Of a stretch of 64,000 nucleotides of DNA, positions 8,328 through 16,514 are shown one piece after another (positions within the stretch are counted from its first letter, which is position 1; each line of letters starts with the position of its first letter). The position numbers were made by a program, and so were the translations under genes. The DNA lies in assembly GCA_016208905.1 (NCBI GenBank), contig JACQXG010000052.1, positions 551-64,550 on the forward strand. Direction: 5' to 3'. The notes beneath the pieces were generated by a model, which searched no databases, was not told the origin of the DNA, and saw nothing but the letters and a program-made list of their open reading frames with translations. The DNA is from Nitrospirota bacterium (GTDB lineage Bacteria > Nitrospirota > Thermodesulfovibrionia > UBA6902).

Positions 8328-9754
8328 CGTTTGATCTTTCCGCTTGCTGTTTTGGGAATGGAACCGACTGTCTCAAAACCCTTGGGGACTTTATACTGGG
8401 CCAGCTTCCGGTAACAGAACTTCTTTAATTCATCCATTGATACGCCGGCCCCATCCTGCAGGACGATCTTTGCCATGGGCAACTGGCCGTATATCGCGTG
8501 GTCCTCACCATACACATATGATTCCCTGACACCTGGGAAATGATTGATAACAGCCTCCACTTCCTGCGCGAATATCTTCATCCCCGCAAAATTTATAACG
8601 TCCTTGTCCCGCCCGACAATGGTCAGGAACCCGTCAGGGTCAAGCCTGCCCAGGTCCCCGGTGTCAAACCAGCTGTTTTTGAGGACACACTCCCTGTTTT
8701 GCCAGGGGGAATAGTAAGCGTCCAGCATGCCTTCCCCTTTAATATATATCGGACCCACCCCTTCTCTGTCCCTGTTGACGATCTCCACTTCAAAGTCCGG
8801 CAGGGGCTTTCCAACAGAACTCCTTTTGCTTTCATCAGAGGAAAGGTTGATAAACGGGAGCCCGACTTCAATTATGCCGTAGGCCTCGCTTAATTCAAAG
8901 CCGAATTTTTCACGAAATCCCTGAGCTATGATTTCAGGGAGCTTCATCGCGGTTGAAACAGCCAGCCGGATATTCTGCAATGCTTCCGCTGACAGCGTTT
9001 CCATGTGGGCCAGCACATTATAATGAAACGGCGACGCATATATAAAAGTGCCCTTGTGTCTTGAGATCCCGTCAATCAATGATTCAGGAAAGAGATTACT
9101 GCAGAGCACAATTGTGGCGGCCCGCCGGAGGAAAAGCATGATGGTCACCACAAAATGAAAACTCATGGAAAGAATCCACAGTACAGTGTCGTCCTGAGTT
9201 ATGCGGAGCCCTTTGTCAGCCGCGGAGGTCCTTTCAAGAATGGCCTCATGTGATAAAACGACTCCCTTGCTGGCCCCGGTGGTGCCGGAGCTGAACCTGA
9301 TAAAGGCGGGATTGATCTTGTAATATGCCCTGTCGGGTTCCTTCTGCTCTCCCCTGTTTAATAAGCGGAATTCCTTTTGGAAAAAGTTTATCAGCCCAAG
9401 TTTGTCTGCTCCGGCGTCATCATAAGAGCCTTCTTCAAAGACAAGATAATTTACTGCGATACGTTCAAGTATTCCGTTTATTTCCTCCTCTGTGTGCTCT
9501 ATGGCAACCGGAACCATGACTGCAGACAGAGACAAAACAGCCAGACTGGCTGCTATGTATTCAATGCTGTCTTTGCAGAGAAGCGCCACCCGGTCATATG
9601 GTCCGACCCCGGCCTTCTTTAACGAACCAGCAAGCAATTCCGCAGATGAAATCAATTGAGAATAAGAAATGCTGCGCTCACCGTCAATCACCGCAGTTTT
9701 ATTTTCAAAATCTTCTGTTTCCTGTTTAATGGTCTGATAAATGTTCATGCTCAT
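8324..9754 (-). CDS. acyl-AMP/CoA ligase (AMP-dependent synthetase family)
   Basis: 476 aa. Contains SSGTTGASKGVVLSH (AMP-binding core), GDLGRLDPDGFLTIVGRDKD, and a C-terminal KTASGKIKR. Confidence 0.85.
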   Translation of the reverse strand: MSMNIYQTIKQETEDFENKTAVIDGERSISYSQLISSAELLAGSLKKAGVGPYDRVALLCKDSIEYIAASLAVLSLSAVMVPVAIEHTEEEINGILERIAVNYLVFEEGSYDDAGADKLGLINFFQKEFRLLNRGEQKEPDRAYYKINPAFIRFSSGTTGASKGVVLSHEAILERTSAADKGLRITQDDTVLWILSMSFHFVVTIMLFLRRAATIVLCSNLFPESLIDGISRHKGTFIYASPFHYNVLAHMETLSAEALQNIRLAVSTAMKLPEIIAQGFREKFGFELSEAYGIIEVGLPFINLSSDESKRSSVGKPLPDFEVEIVNRDREGVGPIYIKGEGMLDAYYSPWQNRECVLKNSWFDTGDLGRLDPDGFLTIVGRDKDVINFAGMKIFAQEVEAVINHFPGVRESYVYGEDHAIYGQLPMAKIVLQDGAGVSMDELKKFCYRKLAQYKVPKGFETVGSIPKTASGKIKR

Positions 9755-9845
9755 ATCATTACATTCCCGTTTTTTGCAAACTGTCTGAAATCCCCTTACT
9801 TCGGTGGAATAGGTCCCGGCATGTCAGGAATATCTGAATGCCGCT

Positions 9846-11261
9846 TTAATAATCCCGGTAGATATTCTTTAAACCTGAAGTATACCTGATGCTCCTGTAA
9901 ATCACCCTCATAATGTCCCTGAAGGGAATACGAACTTTATGGACTCTTGCCGGATTCCCTTTCAGTGCCACACTTGTAAGCCGGGCAAAATGACTGTAAA
10001 ACTTCTTCATCTTTAGCTTCGTAGGTAATATCGTATGCATACAGTCATAGTGCAAATACGGGTCACAAATATAGTCGTCTTTATATTTTTCCCAAATTTT
10101 TGTGCCGGGCGGAGGAGAAAATACGGTGAAAGAGACTTCTGCAGGACAGACCTTTTTGACTTCCTCTTCAAGAAGGCTGAAATCCTCTACTGAAAAATCC
10201 GGGTCAACTATGAAACTGGCATGGAGAACAATGCCGAGGTCGCGAAGAATCGATACAGCTGTCCGGTTTGTCTCTTCACTCGTTCCTTTATTATATCTGT
10301 CCAGCCTTTCCCCTTTCATGGCCTCCAGCCCTACATAGACTGTGCTTAATCCGGCCTCTTTCCAGAGCTGGAAGAGTTCAGGATTTCTGACAATCGTGTC
10401 ACTCCTTGCCCAGCTGATATACTGTTTTTTAATCCCCCTGTCGATAAGGAGTTTTGCAATTTCAGTCATCCGGCCTTTATTCAAAAAAGTCTCGTCGTCC
10501 ACAAAATAAATGAATTCTTCTTTTAAACTTTCAATTTCGTCGGCAACATCCGCGGGCCTGCGCTGCAAATATTGGCCGCGCATAACGTGATGCACTACGC
10601 AGAAAGAACATTTGAACGCGCATCCTATGGAAGTCCTGACACTGGCAGTCTGCGGGAATATCGTTTTCAGTTGATTCTCAGGTGTAGAGGTCCAGATGCA
10701 AAAATATCTGGAGCGCCGGACAAGGTCCCTGCGGGGACGCGGGATATCGTGGACGCTCGGAAATTCCGGCGGCGGCAGCTCTGTCTTTGCCTTAAAATCA
10801 GGATCACGGGGCGAAAGCGATACGCCTCCAAAATGAAGAGGCATTCCCTTTTTGAAGCGGCTGATTATCTCAGCAAAGGCTGTTCCCCCTTCACCGCGCA
10901 CAATGATATCGATACATTCCACTTCATAGTCTGCAGGAATAATAGTAGCGTGAATGCCGCCTACAACATTCACGGCAGAAGGGTTATGTTCCTTCACGAT
11001 TCGGGCCAGCTTTTTGACCATGGCAGACTGTGAACTGTACCCGGTAAACCCGACAATATCAGGACGAAATCCATGAAGCTGACTATGAAACGCCTTCATA
11101 GGCTTTTTCTCAATGCCAAGATCACAGATTACAACCTCATCTTCCGGCGGCACTCCGCCTGCAACTATTTCAAGTTCCAATGGTTCCAGATGCAGAAATC
11201 CCTCCTGCAGTCGTTTTGCTATAAGAAGCTGTGGATGGGGTTTGACAAGCAGTATGCGCAT
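9846..11261 (-). CDS. cobalamin(B12)-binding radical SAM enzyme, copy 1 of the operon
   Basis: I moved the start to ATG 11261 (MRILLVKPH...), which is preceded by AAGGAGG. The longer track ORF (to 11459) would overlap the upstream gene. The CxxxCxxC motif reads CAFKCSFC. Confidence 0.8.
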   Translation of the reverse strand: MRILLVKPHPQLLIAKRLQEGFLHLEPLELEIVAGGVPPEDEVVICDLGIEKKPMKAFHSQLHGFRPDIVGFTGYSSQSAMVKKLARIVKEHNPSAVNVVGGIHATIIPADYEVECIDIIVRGEGGTAFAEIISRFKKGMPLHFGGVSLSPRDPDFKAKTELPPPEFPSVHDIPRPRRDLVRRSRYFCIWTSTPENQLKTIFPQTASVRTSIGCAFKCSFCVVHHVMRGQYLQRRPADVADEIESLKEEFIYFVDDETFLNKGRMTEIAKLLIDRGIKKQYISWARSDTIVRNPELFQLWKEAGLSTVYVGLEAMKGERLDRYNKGTSEETNRTAVSILRDLGIVLHASFIVDPDFSVEDFSLLEEEVKKVCPAEVSFTVFSPPPGTKIWEKYKDDYICDPYLHYDCMHTILPTKLKMKKFYSHFARLTSVALKGNPARVHKVRIPFRDIMRVIYRSIRYTSGLKNIYRDY

Positions 11262-11314
11262 TTGTGTCCCTCCTTTTGCTTCCCTCCTGGTATAGCGGAA
11301 CACAGAGGGGGAAA

Positions 11315-12559
11315 CTAAGTGTATGAATATGGATATCTCCCGTTTTTCACATAATATGCCGCCGCGAGGCCTGCCTGCTCTCCCAATGACATGCATGTAC
11401 CCATGACACGGGTAGAACCAAGCGCCTCGCGGGTCACGGAAATGCAGCGTCCGGCGCAAAGGAGATTCGACAACCCTTTAACTTTCAGGCACCGGAACGG
11501 GATCTCATAATATTCTCCGTCGCGAAGATATTTATAGACTGTACCTTTATTTCTGTCCCACAATTCAATGGGCCAGGAATTTTTTACTACGCCATCGTCA
11601 AATTTCCCGGCATTTAGTATATCATCTTCCGTAAGAGTATATTCACCGCAGATCCTTCTTCCTTCCCTGTCCATTACCTTAAGAGAAGTGCCGGCTATAT
11701 GCGCGTGTCTGAATGAAGGCAGTTTTTCTGCTAGATATCCGAGTATCTTTGCTGCCCTGTTTAATACTACCGGGCCCCGTCTGCTGTATTCATGTCCGGG
11801 ATTAATTTTAAGGTAACCCTCATCCGGGACATCTCCGTAACTGAAGGTAGTATATCTTGCATATGAAGGGAACCGCTTCACTTCCGCCGCCTCTGATAAA
11901 TAATAAGGCACCTTGACCGGCAGGGTCTCATCGCCGGTGTTTAATCCTTTCAAATGAATTATAAATCCGGCAAGCTGTCTCTTCGATAAAGGTGATAACT
12001 TATAATCAGCGCCTGCCATGACAGCAGCCGCACCGTCTCCGCTGCAATCGATCAATACCTTGGGAGTGATGTTAAATGTAGTCCCTCGTATCCCCCCTTT
12101 AGTAAAGTGGGGTCGGGGGGATTTGGCATTCATGTCACTCAATGCAACCTCAACAACCTTCCCCTTTTTCTTCTTCACCGAAACCAAGGATGTATTTAGC
12201 ATAACGGAAAGTCTGTTTTCAGCTCGACACATGGAATTAAATACAGAGGAAAGGTCCTCGCGTAAATATGGAAGAACGTAAACCTGTCCGATCTTTTTTA
12301 CTTTATTGCGTGGAGATAACCTATGAAGCCCGCTTACTACTTCCCGGACAATCCCGTCATTTAAAGTCTCTTCCGGAACAGCCCTTCCGTTCAGATATAA
12401 ACCGCATATCTGCTGAAGAAGTCCTGAATATCCTGCCCCCCCGATGAACCCCTCTTTTTCCACTACAACAGTCCGGATACCGCTCCGGGCGGACGCCAGT
12501 GCTGCAGATATGCCTGAAACGCCGGCGCCTATTACAAGAATATCACAGGCAATGTTCAT
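11315..12559 (-). CDS. FAD-dependent oxidoreductase
   Basis: 414 aa. N-terminal dinucleotide fold DILVIGAGVSGISAALASARSGIRTVVVEKEGFIGG. Confidence 0.75.
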   Translation of the reverse strand: MNIACDILVIGAGVSGISAALASARSGIRTVVVEKEGFIGGAGYSGLLQQICGLYLNGRAVPEETLNDGIVREVVSGLHRLSPRNKVKKIGQVYVLPYLREDLSSVFNSMCRAENRLSVMLNTSLVSVKKKKGKVVEVALSDMNAKSPRPHFTKGGIRGTTFNITPKVLIDCSGDGAAAVMAGADYKLSPLSKRQLAGFIIHLKGLNTGDETLPVKVPYYLSEAAEVKRFPSYARYTTFSYGDVPDEGYLKINPGHEYSRRGPVVLNRAAKILGYLAEKLPSFRHAHIAGTSLKVMDREGRRICGEYTLTEDDILNAGKFDDGVVKNSWPIELWDRNKGTVYKYLRDGEYYEIPFRCLKVKGLSNLLCAGRCISVTREALGSTRVMGTCMSLGEQAGLAAAYYVKNGRYPYSYT

Positions 12560-13883
12560 TAACTGCGGGACATCCCAGCCTTTGCTTAATGCCTGATTCT
12601 ATCATTGCAATCTCCTCGTCCTGAAGCAGTCCGTCGAGATATGAAATTACGAGATTAAGCCGGCTGTTAAAATGGTTAAAGAAAAAACCTATTCCAGGCG
12701 GTGTCGGAACACGCGGCATATGGAAGAGATTATTGATTTCCGCCCCCATAATATCGGCATACTTATAAGAACATTTTCCCATATAAGAGAAGCAGAAAGA
12801 AGCCAGTTTTTCCTTACATGCCAGGCGGAACAATTTCCCCAACGCGGGCAGAGGCGCAACGCGGGTCAATAAACTTACCCTTCGTATGTCCTCAGGAAAA
12901 CCTGATTGCACCTGCTCATACATCTGCTGTTTAATCGATTTTAAGAGTCCCTCCTGATTATCAACATCATCGAAATGCACCTGAAAAAAAAGAAATGACA
13001 AATGATTAAATAATATGTTCTGTTTAATATCTTCACCGTTTCTCATATCAATTGACACGGGAATTAAATATGTATCTTTTGTCATTCCCCTTATTTTAAA
13101 GAGAGCATGAACCGTCTGTATGACTACGGACAATAAATAAGGCATTTCCATAAAATATCCCGCTTCGTCATGGGACCTGTTATAGATTTGGTCAGTCTCC
13201 GCCTGATCAAACGGGATGATTCTGAAACTGAATCCCCGTTTTGCTTTGGAATTCGGCAACGGCAATGCCGCCATTATTGACGGTTTGACCATTCTGCTCT
13301 TCACATTCTTCATGGCACGAATATTTTTAAACCATTGAAATGTGACTTCCGTCGGCGGACAACTGAAACGTTTTATGATTTCATCTTTATTATTTTCAGT
13401 CAGATATTGCTGGAATAAATCAAGAAAGGTCTCAGCTCCCCGGGCGTCAAACAAACAGTGATCAAAAGTCATGGCTAAATAACATCGCCGGGAATCTTCA
13501 TATATAAGATGAAATGCCAGATGCTCACCGCTGCTGTTAAATGGTTTATTTATAGTACTTTTAAGCAGCGATAAAACGCCCTCATTATTAACATGGTACA
13601 CATTGAAATTCAGGTCGTTTTCCAGTCCTTCCGGAATTCTCCAGTAAGGGACACACGTGATGTTCCGGCTTATCTTTCCATATAAGGCGGGGATTTCTTT
13701 TGTAAAACGTCTTAAGTGGCCCCGAAGCGACACTTCATCTACCACAGTATCCAACATAATAACGATCTGCGACATGTTCCCGGCATTTGTAGTCGCTTTC
13801 ATTGCATAATCCAGCGCGCTTATCAACCAGTCAACACCTGACAGATACGGTTTGTTTCTTATTGATGGAATTACAGTTTCCAC
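12543..13883 (-). CDS. HxxxD-motif acyltransferase (condensation / WS-DGAT / PapA5-like fold)
   Basis: 446 aa with a GTG start. The motif FDHCLFDARG (HxxxD) lies at roughly one third of the protein. The stop overlaps the flavoenzyme start by 17 nt. Confidence 0.55.
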   Translation of the reverse strand: METVIPSIRNKPYLSGVDWLISALDYAMKATTNAGNMSQIVIMLDTVVDEVSLRGHLRRFTKEIPALYGKISRNITCVPYWRIPEGLENDLNFNVYHVNNEGVLSLLKSTINKPFNSSGEHLAFHLIYEDSRRCYLAMTFDHCLFDARGAETFLDLFQQYLTENNKDEIIKRFSCPPTEVTFQWFKNIRAMKNVKSRMVKPSIMAALPLPNSKAKRGFSFRIIPFDQAETDQIYNRSHDEAGYFMEMPYLLSVVIQTVHALFKIRGMTKDTYLIPVSIDMRNGEDIKQNILFNHLSFLFFQVHFDDVDNQEGLLKSIKQQMYEQVQSGFPEDIRRVSLLTRVAPLPALGKLFRLACKEKLASFCFSYMGKCSYKYADIMGAEINNLFHMPRVPTPPGIGFFFNHFNSRLNLVISYLDGLLQDEEIAMIESGIKQRLGCPAVNEHCL

Positions 13884-13885
13884 AA

Positions 13886-14128
13886 CTAAATTTTCTTGTG
13901 AATAAAGGATGCTATGGAATGAATTGTCTCAAAATCTTTTCTGGCCATATTTGACTCTATTAACCTGAGGTTAAAGGTCTTTTCTATAAACACAAGGATC
14001 TCCACAAAACCCAGGGAATCAATGCCCAATTGATTAAAAAGCATGTCCGGTGTTATAGAGGATTCATCCTTAGAAATGATAACTGCAATCCCTGCAATTA
14101 ATTTTTCTTCAATAGTCTGTAATGACAA
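13886..14128 (-). CDS. acyl carrier protein
   Basis: 80 aa. LGIDSLGFVEIL contains the phosphopantetheine Ser (DSL) motif. The TTG start directly abuts the upstream stop. Confidence 0.8.
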   Translation of the reverse strand: MSLQTIEEKLIAGIAVIISKDESSITPDMLFNQLGIDSLGFVEILVFIEKTFNLRLIESNMARKDFETIHSIASFIHKKI

Positions 14129-15214
14129 TTATGGATCAACTTCCTTATATTTTCTGAGATAAATAAATGCATTTTCGCCATTACAATTATATCTAGTGCA
14201 CTGAATAAATTCAATATTGTAATATTTGGCGTCATCAAGGAGATTAATCCCCCTGGGATTATCTTTCACAGGGTTTGCGTAACACGTCTGGTTCTTTAAC
14301 ATTAATACGCCCGCCGCGCAGTTAAAGGCACTGCCGGTCATCATGCTTCCGAAAATGGGAGAATACGCTGCCACCGGGACATCAGATGTAATGTCTTTCA
14401 TATATACTGACTCATCAGACAGCATGCCATCGGTGTCAATGATGTTCAGGTCCACAGGGACCGTGTAATTTTTATGACCGCCAAACGCAATATCATGAAA
14501 CGTACCGTAAATATTACCTGTGTCTTTCCTGCTTACCAGAAAAAAAGCCGCGCCCTCTCCCGGCACCTGATAAGCCGGGTGAAAATTGAAAGGTCTTATT
14601 TTACCGTCAGCAGCTGTTTTCAGTTTGGTATCACAAATATACCCGAAGACATTGCCGTATTGTTCAACTGCTCCGACAAGGACATGATCACAGCGCTCCT
14701 CATCAAGCCATGACCGGGCAAGCTGCAGGGCATAATGAAAAGAGAAATAAAACTGGGTCACTGTCAACGTCTGGCCCTGAATGCCTAATACAGAAGATAT
14801 ATATGAAGCAGCGGCATTATGGACCGAATTGGAAAAGACGGTCGGCGAAACCCCGGCCTCTCCGTAGTCAAGGATGCCGTCAAGAAAATTAAAAGTAGTA
14901 TCATGCGTGCCAAGACCGGTAGCTACTATAACACCTATATTGTTTTTATTGATTCCTTCAAGTCCGCCGGTAACAAGGGCCTCAGAAGCGGCCAGCGCAG
15001 CCATTTTACTGAACTTGTCTGCGCGGCGCATCTTCTTGAATAAATGCCTCTCACTGACTTCATTTAAATTAACAAGATATGCAGGTGTCTTTATGTTTTT
15101 TAGATGAGGGACCTGTATTTCTTCCGGTTTCTGCCATCCCTGCTTCAATGCCTTCTCAAAACTGTCAACTCCTGTTCCGCATGCGCAGACAATACCCATT
15201 CCATGAATATTCAT
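14129..15214 (-). CDS. ketosynthase-like partner lacking the Cys-His-His triad (chain-length-factor-like)
   Basis: 361 aa with a KS-like N-terminus (GMGIVCACGTG, RRADKFSKMA). Where a KS has ACSSG, HGT and GHTLG, it has TVTQFYFSFHY, DTDGM and GSMMTGS. Comparison was by eye. Confidence 0.6.
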   Translation of the reverse strand: MNIHGMGIVCACGTGVDSFEKALKQGWQKPEEIQVPHLKNIKTPAYLVNLNEVSERHLFKKMRRADKFSKMAALAASEALVTGGLEGINKNNIGVIVATGLGTHDTTFNFLDGILDYGEAGVSPTVFSNSVHNAAASYISSVLGIQGQTLTVTQFYFSFHYALQLARSWLDEERCDHVLVGAVEQYGNVFGYICDTKLKTAADGKIRPFNFHPAYQVPGEGAAFFLVSRKDTGNIYGTFHDIAFGGHKNYTVPVDLNIIDTDGMLSDESVYMKDITSDVPVAAYSPIFGSMMTGSAFNCAAGVLMLKNQTCYANPVKDNPRGINLLDDAKYYNIEFIQCTRYNCNGENAFIYLRKYKEVDP

Positions 15215-16395
15215 GATATCAGCCTCCGCCCCAAAACAAGGGCCGCATTATTGCCTCCAAACGCCAGTGACGTGGAAAGAGCGAAACGGCCATTGATGTT
15301 CGTTCTTTCCCTGACAGGCGCTATCGGAATGTTATTGTCCCTTTGAGTGAATCCGATACTTGCCGGTATCCAGCCTTCCCGCAGGGCGGCCGCAGTGAAT
15401 ACGGCCTCAATTCCACCCGCAGCGCCTAACGTGTGGCCTGTATATCCTTTTGTAGACAGCATTTTTAATCCGGCTCCGAAAACCCGCGCCAACACCCTGC
15501 CTTCAACAGCATCATTGTCCGGAGTGGCCGTGCCATGAGCATTAACAAATGCAATTTCCTGAGGCCCGATTCCTGAATAAGCAAGGGCTTTATTAATTGA
15601 TGCCTCCAATCCCCTGCCCTCGGGATGAGGCGCAGTAAGATGGTATGAATCACTGGCTGACCCATACCCTGCAAGATGAAGATCGGAAGTAATACCTCTT
15701 TTTGCAGCAGACTGCTCTGTCTCGACAACCAGGACGCCTGCCCCTTCGCCCAGGTTAAGTCCCTTGCGGTCCCTGTCAAAGGGAGCGCATAAGTCCCGGC
15801 TCATTATGCCTAACGAGCCGAAACCACAAAGAGGAACGCGGTTCAATTCATCCGCTCCGCCTGCAATAGCTATATCACACAACCCGTTGTTCAACCAGGA
15901 CAACGCTATGCCGACTGCGTCGGTTCCGGAAGAACACGCATTTACAACGGTCAGTGACGGACCTCCGGCTTTGAGTTTGCGCGATATAAATCCGGCAAGA
16001 TTGCCTTTTAAATATCTTTCAACGGGTTTCATGGGCGCCGTCCCCCGGTCACGATAGGACCTGTAAAATTCCAGATCATTGAGCTGGCTCGCTACCGTTG
16101 TCCCCAAACAAACGCCTATGCGGCGCGCTGACAGATCACCCTGCAGCTGCGCGTCTCTGAGCGCTTCATCGACTGCGACCAGGGCCAGACTCAACGTCCT
16201 CTGTCCCTCTAAATAATATTTATCAGGTAATGCGCTTACCTCAAAGACAGGATATTGAAGTTGGGTTTCAAACAGCCTGACAGGTCCGGCAGTCCTTTTC
16301 CCCTGGCGTAATGAAACAAGTGTTTCGGAAAGATTATTCCCGGCCGCGGAGATGACCCCGAGCCCTGTTATTAAAATCTTATTATCGGTTATCAA
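15211..16395 (-). CDS. beta-ketoacyl-ACP synthase (FabF/KS-alpha type)
   Basis: 394 aa. Shows the active-site sequence VVNACSSGTDAVG plus AHGTATPDND and GHTLGAAG. It has a TTG start. The stop overlaps the next start by 4 nt (ATGA). Confidence 0.85.
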   Translation of the reverse strand: MITDNKILITGLGVISAAGNNLSETLVSLRQGKRTAGPVRLFETQLQYPVFEVSALPDKYYLEGQRTLSLALVAVDEALRDAQLQGDLSARRIGVCLGTTVASQLNDLEFYRSYRDRGTAPMKPVERYLKGNLAGFISRKLKAGGPSLTVVNACSSGTDAVGIALSWLNNGLCDIAIAGGADELNRVPLCGFGSLGIMSRDLCAPFDRDRKGLNLGEGAGVLVVETEQSAAKRGITSDLHLAGYGSASDSYHLTAPHPEGRGLEASINKALAYSGIGPQEIAFVNAHGTATPDNDAVEGRVLARVFGAGLKMLSTKGYTGHTLGAAGGIEAVFTAAALREGWIPASIGFTQRDNNIPIAPVRERTNINGRFALSTSLAFGGNNAALVLGRRLIS

Positions 16396-16514
16396 ACAAA
16401 CTACCAGGCCCTTTCAGCATCTGACAATACAGTTTTCAGGATTTGAAACAGATAGATTTTAACAAATGCAACTGCAATAGTCTAACGACTAATATCTACG
16501 TTTGTTTTCCACCT

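Noticed and set aside
11262-11459. N-terminal 66-aa extension of the rSAM ORF 9846..11459
   Set aside because: It would overlap the 3' end of the flavoenzyme gene by 145 nt. The internal ATG 11261 has a perfect AAGGAGG RBS and begins the conserved MRILLVKP B12-binding fold.
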